From: Octopus vulgaris | Lineage: Eukaryota | Direction of reading: 5' to 3' | Assembly: GCA_951406725.2 (NCBI GenBank) | Contig: OX597821.1 | Location: 99,510,001 to 99,574,000 of the forward strand | Length of the DNA stretch: 64,000 nucleotides | Shown here: positions 51,801 through 64,000 of the stretch, in pieces | How positions within the stretch are numbered: position 1 is the stretch's first letter | How the letters are laid out: each line of letters opens with the position of its first letter | Program-made: the position numbers and the translations under genes | The notes under the pieces: model-generated | Databases searched by the model: none | The model's input: the letters and a program-made list of their open reading frames with translations, nothing else | Told to the model about the DNA's origin: nothing

Positions 51801-52627
51801 ATGTATATATAATCACAAAGGATAAAATCTTTAAAAATTATCAGTGGCCAGCATTAAAAAAGATTTAAAGTATTTGGATGATTTAGTGTCTCTTTTCAGC
51901 ATATATATATATATATATATATATATAGGGAATTGAACACTGCACCTCTCAAATTCTGGCTGATCACTAGACAAAACTATAACATCTTTAAGTCATAATT
52001 GTTTCTTTGTACAATAGTATCAACTGGTTGCAAGTCCTCACTAAACAGTTTTTATTTCAGAGATTTCCTTCATCTAGATAGATTGTCTTTATTACAACTT
52101 CTGAGCACCATCTACCCTTGAATATATATATTTTATGTCAGATCACTCTTAGTGCTACTAGTAACATGTAATCCAGTATGACCTGTTACATGGTCAGGCC
52201 GTCACTGACTAATCCAGCAACCCTACTTAGCTTGCTTGTTAAAGAGGATGGTTTTTCACTACAGCTGGTGAGTAGCAGCTACTCACATTGAATATATATA
52301 CGGTGCCATGCAAAAGTCTTTGGCCACTTTAAACTATTGTAAATTTCTACCAATTGCTAACTTAAAAGTGGATGTTTTGCATTGCATTTTTTACAGATGA
52401 AATATTGACCCTGTTGGAGCCATTTCTATACCTAATCATTATATTTTGTAGGGGTTCTGAACGAGAGGGGAAGATGTGCGATGACCACCAAAAATAGCCA
52501 TGTAAAAGTTTACAGCCACTTCACATAAACCACTCAAGATACAGCGTCTTAAAACTTGGGTGTCTTCTACAATAGCCTTGGGCCCAGCAAAGCCTTGTGA
52601 GTGAGCCCATTGTATATATATTTTATA

Positions 52628-52688
<61 letters not shown>

Positions 52689-52691
<3 letters not shown>

Positions 52692-53596
52692 TCATCATCA
52701 TCATCATCATCGTTTAACGTCCGCTTTCCATGCTAGCATGGGTTGGACAGTTCAACTGGGGTCTGGGGAGCCCGAAGGCTGCACCAGGCCAGTCAGATCT
52801 GGCAGTGTTTCTACAGCTGAATGCCCTTCCTAACGCCAACCACTCCGAGAGTGTAGTGGGTGATTTTATGTGCCACCGACACAGGTGCCAGACGAGGCTG
52901 GCGAACGGCCACGCTTAGATGGTGTTTTTTATGTGCCACTGACACAGGTGCCAGACGAGGCTGGCGAACGGCCATGCTTGGATGGTGTTTTTTATGTGCC
53001 ACCAACACAGGTGCCAGACGAGGCTGGCGAACGGCCACGATTGGATAGTGTTTGTTACATGCCCACAGCACGGAGGCCAGTCGATGTGGTACTGGCTACG
53101 GCCACGTTCGGATGGTTTTCTTATGTGTCACCGGCACTGGTACCACAAAGATACAAATTCCATTGATGTTCATCTATTTTGATTTGGTTTGATTTTCACT
53201 TGCCTCAACAGGTCTTCACAAGTGTCCCAAGAAGGAAGGTTGCACAGGTGGACTGACTACGTCCCAGGTAGGGGCCACGGGTTATGGCCTCACTAGTCTT
53301 GCCGGGTCTTCTCACGCACAGCATACTTTCATAGGTCTCGGTCTCTAGTCATTTCCTTGGTGAGACCTAAAGTTCGAAGGTCATGCTTCACCACCTCGTC
53401 CCAGGTTTTCCTTGGTTTACCTCTTCCACAGGCTCCCTCAACTGCTAGGGTGTAGCACTTTTGCACACAACTATCTTCAGCCATTCTCGTCACATGACCA
53501 TACCAGCGCAGACGTCTCTCTTGCACACCACAACTGATGCTTCTTAGGTCCAACTTTTCTCTCAAGGTACTTACACTCTGTCGATTATGAACACTA
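52689..53596 (-). pseudogene. 5'-truncated RTE-clade LINE (ORF2 C-terminus, 3'UTR with 63-bp repeats, (GAT)n tail)
   Basis: ERRLRWYGHVTRM...GRGKPRKTWDEVVKHDL. Inserted in the (TA)n of a family B SINE. Confidence 0.9.
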
Positions 53597-54467
53597 TATA
53601 TATATATACGTTTGTGTGTATGTGTGTCTGTGTTTATCCCCTGACATCACTTGACAACCGATGTTGGTGTGTTTATGTCCCTGTAACTTAGTGGTTCAGC
53701 AAAAGTAACTGACGAAATAAGTACTAGGCTTATAAAAAATAAGTCCTGTTGGTGGGGTTGATTTCTTCAACTAAAACCCTTTTAAGGCAGTGTTCCAGCA
53801 TGACTGCAGTGAAATGATTGAAACAATTAAAAGAATATAAATATACACACACACACACATATATATATTATGTCAGATCACTCTTAGTGCTACTGGTAAC
53901 ATATATTCTAGTATAACATGTCACATAATCAGGCCATCAGTGTCTAGTTTACTTGTTAAGAGAGTAGTTTTTCATTGAACATCTTGCAGGCTGTAAAACA
54001 AAACCTGCCAAAAGCCAGATGAACTCAATAGAGTGTCAACCAACACCTGGGAGCAAAGGAACCCTAGTCTTTGTTTAAATGTCTCTGTAGAAGAAAAAAA
54101 CTCTGATGTAACGCCTGTGACTTCATTCACATGCAATGATGTAGACTAGTTCTTTTGGGGCAAATACGTTGTACAGAGGTTGGGATTGGTCATGTGCAAG
54201 TCTTTTCTTTACCTTAAATGCTTGGCTTTTTAAAACATCTCTGTTGACACCTTTATTATGTGTTACATAATATGGCTGGCTACAGTAAAAAAAGGCAAAT
54301 ATTCAATGAAAAATTCCATATTGGAATAAAGGCATATGTCAGTATGAGTGGTAACATCTTTGAACATCTGCTGCAAGAGGTGCCCGTCAGTGCCACATAT
54401 GTGTAAAAGAATGTTGGTCCCTTACAGGACTGAAATGCCACTTCGATGCTGGTCATATTTAAGAGAA

Positions 54468-54672
54468 GCGCCGGGCGAAATGCGTAGCCGTATTTCGTCT
54501 GCCGTTACATTCTGAGTTCAAATTCCGCCGAGGTCGACTTTGCCTTTCATCCTTTCGGGGTCGATAAATTAAGTACCAGTTACGCACTGGGGTCGATGTA
54601 ATCGACTTAATCCGTTTGTCTATCCTTGTTTGTCCCCTCTGTGTTTAGCCCCTTGTGGGTAGTAAAGAAATA
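54468..54672 (+). mobile_element. 5'-truncated SINE family A
   Basis: Perfect 14-bp TSD CATATTTAAGAGAA at 54454-54467 and 54673-54686. Confidence 0.93.
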
Positions 54673-55309
54673 CATATTTAAGAGAACTTTTAAGTGATGG
54701 TATTACTTGAAATTGAGTTGCAGCTATTATGTTTGTGTGTGTGTGTGTGTACTCTCTTTGTTGGCTCATGTTTCTCAGCACTGACCAAATAAGCAGACCT
54801 ATGATCAAAGGCATTCTGACAATGACCATCACACTGTATTAGAGATATGTAAGACTACATTGTTCGTCATCCAACATACACTTCATTCACTTAAGACAAC
54901 ACAACTTAATTTGATAGTGGGGAATAATCTGACTGTTGTTTCCAGCATATCAAACAACCACATGAAGCCCTCTTTCATTGTGTCAATACTGTTAATGTTG
55001 AGTGAAACAGGTGTGAAATACAATTGTTACATTTGGCACAATAAAGCCAATATGGTATTTTTGTAATTCATATTGTATTAGATTAAGTAAAAAACATTGT
55101 TCCATTACGATGCCAAATTATAGCTGATGGTGGTGGGGTGCACCACTTGCACTTATATTAACACATTTACGGATCTATTTTATATTTGATATTTTTTTCT
55201 TTTCATGATATCAGCATGAACATCTGAAAGCTAATTAAAACTTTCCATTTTAGTTTTTTTAATAGCAACCTTCTTTTCCATTTTTGTTTTTCCTTCGTTA
55301 TATTTTTGT

Positions 55310-55852
55310 TGTCGTCATAGTCATCATTGCCATCGTCAGCATCGTCATCATCATCATCATCATCGGTGTCGTCATTGTCGTCGTTGTCAGTGTCATTATC
55401 AGCACCATCATCATTATTGTCAACTACCACCACTGCCGCTGCCAACATCACCACCACCACCACCACTACCACCGCTACAAACACCACCACTGCCACCACC
55501 ACCACCATCACCACCACTGCCGCCACCACCACCACCACCACCACCACCGCTGCCACCACCACCACCGCTGCCACCACCACCACCACCACCACCATCATTA
55601 TCCTGTCTCCCTTATCTTATTACCACATCTTCCCCTCATCCTTTTTTTACTCTCCACGCCATACTTACTCCTCCCTTTCTCCTCTCTTTCTCCCCTCTCC
55701 TTCTCATCTTTCACTCTTTCTCCCTTTCTCCTCTTCCTTCATTCCCCGTCTCTCTTTCTCTCAATTCTTCTAATTTCCTAATTAAGAGATAGAAAAAGGA
55801 AAGATCTGACAATAACTATCAATAAAGTGAGCGAGAGCGAGGGAGAGAGAGG

Positions 55853-55933
<81 letters not shown>

Positions 55934-56097
55934 AAAAGAAGAATGAAACAAGAAATGAAAGAAAGGCTGATGGACTGAGAGAAAGAGAAAGAGAGAGAAA
56001 GGGAGAGAGAAAGAGCAGGAGAGAGAGAAAGAGAGAGAGAGGGAAAGGAAGACTGAAACAAGAAATGAAAGAAAGGATGATGGACTGAATGAGAGAG

Positions 56098-56146
<49 letters not shown>

Positions 56147-56192
56147 AAATGAAGAATGAAACAAGAAATATAAGAAAGGCTGATGGACTGAG

Positions 56193-56255
<63 letters not shown>
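55310..56255. repeat. (CAT)/(CAC)n tract, followed by CT-rich and (GA)n tracts with an approximately 106-bp duplicated unit
   Basis: GAAACAAGAAAT..AAGAAAGG.TGATGGACTGA occurs near 55945, 56055 and 56158. Confidence 0.9.
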
Positions 56256-56257
<2 letters not shown>

Positions 56258-56967
56258 GGGGAGAGCTGGTGTGGGTGTTCTACAAAGGAAGGTGACTTAC
56301 AACAGGCTGGGATTGGTGATTATAGCAGCTTGTAGTGTTTTCCTTTGAAATGATTGACACAATACACAATTAGTAAAGAAGCTGAATGGAAAATATTATT
56401 GATATGAAGATAATAATTGTGTTTCTTGTGACTGTTTAGGTTAAACAAGTGAAAGAATCTAAAAGAATTGCGGAATTTTCTGTCACATTTTTCTGCTTAA
56501 ATTTTATTTTTTATCTTTTTTGTAAAAATCTTTTTATAATTTTTTTTTTACTTATTTCAGTCATCTGACTGCAGCCTTGCTGGGATCTTGCTGGGACCTT
56601 GCTGTCCTGAAGAGTTTATATAAACAAATTGACCCCTGTACTTATGTTTTAAAATTGCCACTTATTCTATTGGTTTCATTCGGTGAACTGATAAGTGACG
56701 GGAATGTAAACAAACCAACTCTGGTTATCAATGGTGGTGGTGGTGGCAGGGGCTAACGCAAAGGAATAACACATATACATACATACATACATTTATGAGA
56801 CTTGTGAGACAAGATGGGATCAAACCCTTATAGGTGTTGGTGTAGCTGTGTGGTTGAGAAACTTGCTTCCCAACCATGTGGTCTTGGGTTCAGTCTAACT
56901 GTACAGTAGCTTGAACAACACCTTCAAGCATAGCCTGAGACCAACCGAAGCCCTGGGAGTGGATTTT

Positions 56968-57320
56968 CATCATCATCATCATCATCGTTTAATGTCCATT
57001 CTCCATGCTAGCATGGGTTGGACAGTTCGACCGGGGATCTGGGAAGCCAGAAGGCTGCACCAGGCTCCAGTCTGATCTGGCAGAGTTTCTACAGCTCGAT
57101 GCCCTTCCTAACGCCAACCACTCCGTGAGTGTAGTGGGTGCTTTTTATGTGCCACTGGCACAGATACCAGGCGAGGCTGGCAATGGCCATGATCGGATTG
57201 GTGCATTTTACGTGCCACCGGCACGGAAGCCAGTCAAGGCGGCGCTGGCATCGGCCATGATTCGGATGGTGCTTTTTACGTGCCACCGGCACAGGGATCA
57301 CTGCAGTTTCTATTGATTTT
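56968..57320 (-). mobile_element. RTE 3'UTR-derived fragment nested in a family B SINE
   Basis: Homologous to 52689-53170. Confidence 0.8.
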
Positions 57321-57363
57321 GATGCTGGTATTGATTTTGGGGAACTGAAAGAAGCTCATCATG

Positions 57364-57402
<39 letters not shown>

Positions 57403-57627
57403 GTAAAATATTATTATTATTATTATAATATATATATATAATATTATTATTCTTTCTTATGAAATATATAGAACTGCTTAAGAAGTGTTTGGGTTGAACC
57501 TGAGACAAAAGATAATTAAAATATAAACTCAAATAAGACAATCAATTTTTTATACATACTCATAGTTATAAGTTTGACTTAAAAAGTGTATATATATTAA
57601 TACATATTGACATATATGAGTATTTTT

Positions 57628-58015
57628 TGGCTGTGTGGTAAGAAGCTTGCTTCCCAACCACATAGTTCTGGGTTCAGTCCCACTGCATGGCACCTTGAGC
57701 AAATGTCTTCTACTATAACCTTGAGCTGACCAAATCCTTGTGAGTGGATTTGGTAGAGGGAAACAGAAAGAAGCCTGTCATATGTATATATATGTATACG
57801 TATCTATTTGTTATTTGTGTCTTGTGTTTGTCCTCCCACCATCGCTTGACAACCAACATTTGTGTGTTTACATCCCTGTCACTTAGCGGTTCAACAAAAG
57901 TGACTGATAGAATAAGTACTAGGCTTTCAAAGAATAAGTCCTAGGGTCGATTTGTTCAACCAAAGGCAGTGCTCCAGCAAGGCCGCAGTCAAATGACTGA
58001 AACGAGTAAGAGAAT
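57628..58015 (+). mobile_element. SINE family B
   Basis: Matches the family consensus. Confidence 0.9.
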
Positions 58016-58620
58016 AAAAAAATAAAAGAATAAATATATATAATAATACATGTTAATAGAATCCATGTGGGATATATATGGAAAATATGTATGAATGTAT
58101 ATATATGCATCTTAAGTCGAATTTATAACTGTATGAGTATATATAAAAAGTTGATTGCCTAATTTGAGTTTGTATTTTAATTCTGTGTGTATATATATGT
58201 GTGTGTGTGTGTGTATGTGTGTCGGTGTGTGTATGTTTGTGTGTACTCTTATGATATCATGTGATGGCTGTAAATGAGTATCACTGTCATACAAGTGATG
58301 TTGTTTTTTTCTAGTCTTCTGTGAAAAAAAAAATGTCTGGCTGTTGGAAATATTGCTTTCCTTGGAAACAGTTAGGGTTCATGACAAGAAGGACATTTGG
58401 CCCTGTCTCAACAAATTCCATCTGACCAATGCAAGCAAGAAAAAGTGGGTATTAAATGATGGTGATAATGATGATACCATCCTGCCTGAGATTGCTCGAG
58501 ATCTATGATACAAGCTCTCTGTTTTAAAGAGATCTAATTTAAAATCTTAACAAAATTTCATAATAATTTATGTTCCAAACATCAGTTTCATAATAACAAT
58601 GTTTTAATAAAGTCTATTTT

Positions 58621-59050
58621 ACTCCTTTACTCTTTTACTTGTTTCAGTCATTTGACTGCGGCCATGCTGGAGCACCACTTTTAGTCGGGCAAATCAGCCC
58701 CAGGGCTTATTTTTTGTAAGCCTAGTACTTATTCTATTGTTCTCTTTTGCTGAACCGTTAAGTTACGGGGGACGTAAACACACCAACATCGGTTGTCAAA
58801 GTTATGTTATGGTGACAAACACAGACACACAAACATATATATACATATATGTATGTATATATATATATGTATATATATATATATACATGATGGGCTTCTT
58901 TCAGCTTCTGTATGTCAAATCCATTCACAAGGCTTTGGTTGGCCCACAGTTATAGTATAAGACACTTTCCCAAAGTGCCATGCAGTGGGGCTGAACCCGG
59001 AACCACATGGCTGGCAAGCAAGCTACTTACCACACAACCACCCTCGCGCC
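58621..59050 (-). mobile_element. SINE family B
   Basis: Matches the family consensus. Confidence 0.9.
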
Positions 59051-59133
59051 TTATATATATATATAGGGAGAGTTTACGAAAAAAACAAAAGACGAAGACA
59101 AGTGATGTACAAAACAAACAGATATATATATAT

Positions 59134-59254
<121 letters not shown>

Positions 59255-59642
59255 GTATGTATATATATATATGTATGTATGTATGTATATATATATATAT
59301 ATATGTATGTATATAAATGGGCAATCTCAGAATCATGGAGAGCTTCCTTATAAACGAATTGAGACCAGCCATTAACAACAAGAAGGAACTACATAACGTA
59401 GACTGGTTGTTATAGCAACACCAGTCTGTGCATATCATCTTCTTCCTTCCATTTCACCTCACACATTTGAGCATTGACTTTTCCATCCCTTGCTTTTTCC
59501 AGATGTCCTAACCCCCAAAATATAGAAATACAAGGTTAGCAATTTTGTCTTGCTTTGTTTTCCTTTTCCTTTTCCTTTTATTTACTTTGCACCTTCTTGT
59601 CTTGTTTTGGGTTTACACAGCAAATCTCTTTAATATATATCT

Positions 59643-59698
<56 letters not shown>

Positions 59699-59894
59699 TA
59701 TTCATCATCATCATCAGCGTTTAATGTCCATCTTCCATGCTGGCCCGGATGACACACGCAAGCACGCACACATATATACACGCATACGTAGCATTTCGAG
59801 GCCATCAAATTGTAGAAACCATGTCAAAGATGACATTGGAGCTTGATGCAGCCCCACGGCTCACCAGTTCCCTGTGAAACCATCCTACCCATCT

Positions 59895-60228
59895 GAGACT
59901 CCCTTCGCTCATGACTGACCATGGGATTGCACCTAGAAAGTTACCCTCCCAGGCACAAGTCCGGCCAAGGTTGTTTATGGAAGACCAGCAGTCGCCCATG
60001 CATACCTGTCTCCCCTCTCCATGACACTGATGTTATCCAAGGGAAAGACAAAGGCCGATACAGCTTGGCACCAGTGATGTTGCAACTCATTTCTACAGCT
60101 GAGTGAACTGGAGCAACGTGAAATAAAGTGTCTTGCTCAAGAACACAACACGCAACCCGGTCTGGGATTCAAGCTCACAACCTCATAATCATAAGCTCGA
60201 TGCTCTAACCACTGAGCCATGCGCCTAC
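59895..60228 (-). mobile_element. SINE family D
   Basis: Minus head AGGCGCATGGCTCAGTGGTTAGAGC. Homologous to 46207-46545. Confidence 0.88.
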
Positions 60229-60982
60229 GCTTACCAGCATGGAAAACAGACATTACATGATGATGATGATAGGCTTCTGCACAGTTTCCTTCTACCAATT
60301 TCAGTCACAAGGCATTGGTTAGTCCAAAGCTATTACAAAAGACACTTGAACAAGATGCCATTCAGCTGGACTGAACCTAACACCACTTGGTTGTGAAGCA
60401 AAATCCTTTACTGTTTAGTCATAAGTACACTAACATATAAATATCTGGTGAATAGATACTGAATAGAGTGATATGAACTAGGATAAAAGCGCCAAGTGGT
60501 TTTTATGCTAAGCATGTCCCTAGCTATGTTTTGCTAGTATTTCTTATTACATGATGCTTTGGCACCAGTAGCTATATAATCATGACATAGTGTCAGTTTT
60601 GGATGGAAAACTTGGAAATAAAGAAGAAAATGGTGGAATTACTTTGGCACTTATATTATAAAATGATATTGACTGAAAAGATGTGATAGATGTTACAAGC
60701 AGAAAGAAATGAGTCTAATGAGGCAGTTTTTATTCGAAGTTGTTGTTGTTGTTATTGTTGTTGTTGTCATCGTCCTCCTCCCTCCCCTGCAGCATCATTG
60801 TTTTAATGTCTATTTTGTTTGCTTGCATGGGTTGAACAGAGTTTATTGAGGTGGATTTTATTCTATGGCTGGATGCCCTTCCTGTTGCCAACCCTCACCT
60901 TTTTCCAAGCAAGGTGATATTTCCCCATGGTCAGACTGGTTTACAGAAAATATTGGCAATAGAAATGGATGATACTGTATGA

Positions 60983-61302
60983 CATCATCATCATCATCAT
61001 CATCGTTTAACGTCCGTTTTCCATGCTAGCATGGGTTGGATGGTTCGACCAGGGTTTGGGAAGCCAGGAGGCTACACTAAGCTCCAGTCTGATCTGGCAG
61101 TGTTTCTACAACTTGATGCCCTTCCTAATGCCAACTACTCTGAGAGTGTAGTGGGTGCTTTTTACGTGCCACCAGCACAGGGGCCAGAAGAGGCTGGTAA
61201 ACAGCCACAATCGGTTGGTGCTTTTTAAGTGTCACCAGCATGGACGCCAGTCAAGGCGGTGCTGGCATCGACCACATTCGGATGGTGCTTTTTAGGTGCC
61301 AC
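60983..61302 (-). mobile_element. RTE 3'UTR-derived fragment
   Basis: (CAT)n CGTTTAACGTCCG...CTCCAGTCTGATCTGGCAG, as in 52689-53170. Confidence 0.8.
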
Positions 61303-61404
61303 TCATTTACAACTATCACCTGATGTCAAGACAAAGAGTCAGGAACATGCACACCTACCTACCTACCTACCTACCTTCATACATACATACATACATACAT
61401 GCAT

Positions 61405-62040
61405 CATGCACATAATAAGCAGTTGTCCGAAAATGTCATCACAGTATTATCTACTGATGAGTCATGATGTTGTGGCTAGGACACTCTATAATGAAATCCG
61501 TCGGAAGGATAATCCCAAAGACAAAGAAATAAGAACCCACAAAATGGTAGAAACCATGGCCACTCATAATAAAAAGGAATACTGGTGGAATGTACCAGTG
61601 AAGATCTCAAAATAAAATGTAAGCATAACAGACCTGATATAATGATTTGGGATAGAGAAGAGAAACTGTGCACAGTTGTGGAAATTAGCTGCCCAGTGGA
61701 TGTTAACATTAAGATGAAGATCAGTGAAGAAGAGAATACCTATGCTGAACTATTGAAAAATCTGCAGTTACTCTATTCAGATTGTAAGTTCAGGTTTATA
61801 CCTGTAATTATTGGGGCCTTGGGATATGTAACACACTGCCAAAATACCAATCTTGAGAAATTAGGCTTTTCAAAACCAGAAAGGAGAAAGCTAATTTGAA
61901 GACTACAGATCCAATCCATCACTGGAACTGTAAAAATCTGTAAAACTTTCTGGAAGTTTATCATTTAAATATATATGAGCATGTCTAGATATGCAACTGT
62001 GTGCATGAGAATACATACATAAAACATACAAATCTGCACA
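61405..62040 (+). pseudogene. 5'-truncated R4/Dong-like RLE non-LTR retrotransposon in (TACA)n
   Basis: HIISSCPKM..HD.VAR, then after a frameshift HNRPDIMIWDREEK..VVEISCP.D..FIPVIIGALG..GTVKICKTF. It has one frameshift and an internal stop, with (CATA)n on both sides. Confidence 0.9.
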
Positions 62041-62063
62041 TACATACATACATTCATTCATAC

Positions 62064-62094
<31 letters not shown>

Positions 62095-63469
62095 CATACA
62101 TGCATGCATGCATGCATGCATGCATACATACATGCATGCATACATACATACATACACGATGGGCTTCTTTCAGTTTCCGTCTACCAAATCTACTCACAAA
62201 GTTTTGGCCAACCCAAAGCTATAGAAGACACTTAGACACTTGCCCAAGGTGCCACGCAGCGGGGCTAAACCCAGAACCATGTGGTTGGGAAGCAAGCATC
62301 TTACCACAAAGCCACTCCCACACCTGTTTATATATATATATATATATATATATTTTTTATTATATTATCTAGTTTCAGCTCACGAGCTGTGGCCATGCTG
62401 GGGCACATATATATATATGTATGAGTGGATTAACCAGAATTTAGTTTGAACCAGTTACTAATTAATAAAATGGACCCATAATACATACAGTATCCACCCC
62501 TCCTTGGGTTTGTTGACACACAAGCTACATGATGACCTCAATAGTGCTAGTGGAACAAAACAAAAAAGAGGGGTCCAGTACATACTGTAAAGTAGTTGCA
62601 GTTATGAAGGGTGTCTAGCGATAGAAGCCAAGCCAAAACAGATAGTAGAGTACAACGCAGTCCTTGGACTCATTAGATACTTGTCTAACTGTCCAACCCT
62701 TGTAAACATGGAATATGGATGTTAAATGATGATGATGAACTCACTGTCTGATTTATGAAAACCAAAAATATTAAATTGAACTATGTTAATAATTATAACT
62801 GCACTGAATTGCAGGATGGTGTGTGATTTGTCTGTCATTGTTGTTTTTTCCCTTATAAGTGTTTAACCCCTGGTCAGGTGTGATTGGACAGCCTCATGAC
62901 CAAAGGTGTTCTAGCTGTGATCATTCCATTGATTTTTGTATATATTAGGGAATCCATTGTACTCTATATGTTTCCTTATTTAAGATGAGCTGAGGGAAAT
63001 TTAGCTGCTATTTTTAGCAAATCAAATGATTGTATTGACCAGTGGCTCTCAACCTTTTTAATATCTGGGCCAAATCCCAAACTGGGATTTATTTAGGGGG
63101 CCCTACCAAAAAAAAAAAAAGCAAAATTCAATAAAAAATTTATAGAGAGAAGACTGTTGAGGCCACATGATGCTTTGAGAGCAGTTATGAAGGGTATCTA
63201 GTGAACTGCTGGTATAGGGAGCTCCTTTGATGGCTGGTCATAATTGAGGAAGATCTCCAGAGGCTCACTGTTACCTTGGAGGAGGCAGCGGGGCTAGCAT
63301 GGGGCTACCAGTAATGGAAAGCACTGGCAGACCTGGCTGTCTCTACACATGATGATGCCTCTGAGACCACTAACCTGGGATGATCCCAGCCTCATCAAGC
63401 TGGAGCATACAGCAAGTAAGCAAGCATTAAACTTTAGTCCTTAGTCTATTCCATCCTGCATAGGTAAAA

Positions 63470-63725
63470 AAGTTTGGTAAAGGTTATCTTCTTGAGTCAT
63501 ACTGACTCAAAAGGGCCAGTTTCCATTGTGTATAAATTCCCCACCCTGGATGGGACACCAGTCCATTACAGCATCACTCATTTTTTCCAGCTGGGTGGAC
63601 CGGGGCAGCATGAAATGAAGTGTTTTGCTCAAGAACACAACACCTCACCTGGTCCAAGAATGAAAACCATAATCTTACTTTCATGAGTCCAAAATCCCCT
63701 AACTAATAAGCCATGTGTCTCCACA
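63470..63725 (-). mobile_element. Degenerate tRNA-derived SINE related to family D (related copies at about 28400-28640 + and 36150-36432 -)
   Basis: Shares the segment GAAATGAAGTGTTTTGCTCAAGAACACAAC. Confidence 0.65.
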
Positions 63726-64000
63726 TCCTGCATTGGACATTAATCTATATGACCCACCAGATCTGCCTTTGCATAGCAAAGATTTTCTGAGGATTTAATA
63801 AATAATTTCTGTAGCATGTAAATGTTATGATCTTTTATGAGAAGGGGTTGACAGCCTCTTGATTTGCGGTTCACAATAATTTTTTTACCTATGGACCCCT
63901 TTCATTTCTATTGTACTCAGAGTGACCCTCATAACCATTCAATGTTATGTTATGGTAACGTGACCTTGATGAGATTTGAACCCAGAATGAAAACAGCTAC

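Overview
This is an AT-rich, repeat-saturated eukaryotic window, probably intronic or intergenic. The SINE families look like those of octopus, so the species is probably a coleoid cephalopod (inference). No intact protein-coding gene can be supported. Nearly all long ORFs are microsatellite translations, and the only recognisable protein remnants are transposon fragments: R4/Dong-type RLE LINEs, an L1/Tx1 zinc finger, RTE C-termini, a mariner transposase and a probable Penelope C-terminus. The window holds dozens of tRNA-derived SINEs from at least five families, MITEs (piggyBac-, hAT-, mariner- and Merlin-like), minisatellites and an old satellite of about 150-170 bp. The most notable signal is a set of minimal type I hammerhead ribozyme (HHR) motifs. 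One is apparently intact at 6407-6493 (-). A short element family joins a tRNA-like Pol III head, an (AAT)n spacer and a hammerhead-bearing tail, and it inserts as a fold-back with a target-site duplication (TSD) at 14603-15072 and 19819-20170. It is a candidate Penelope-mobilised ribozyme SINE. Repeat boundaries were read by eye and are approximate unless a TSD or terminal inverted repeat (TIR) is quoted. Family labels A-D and H are mine.
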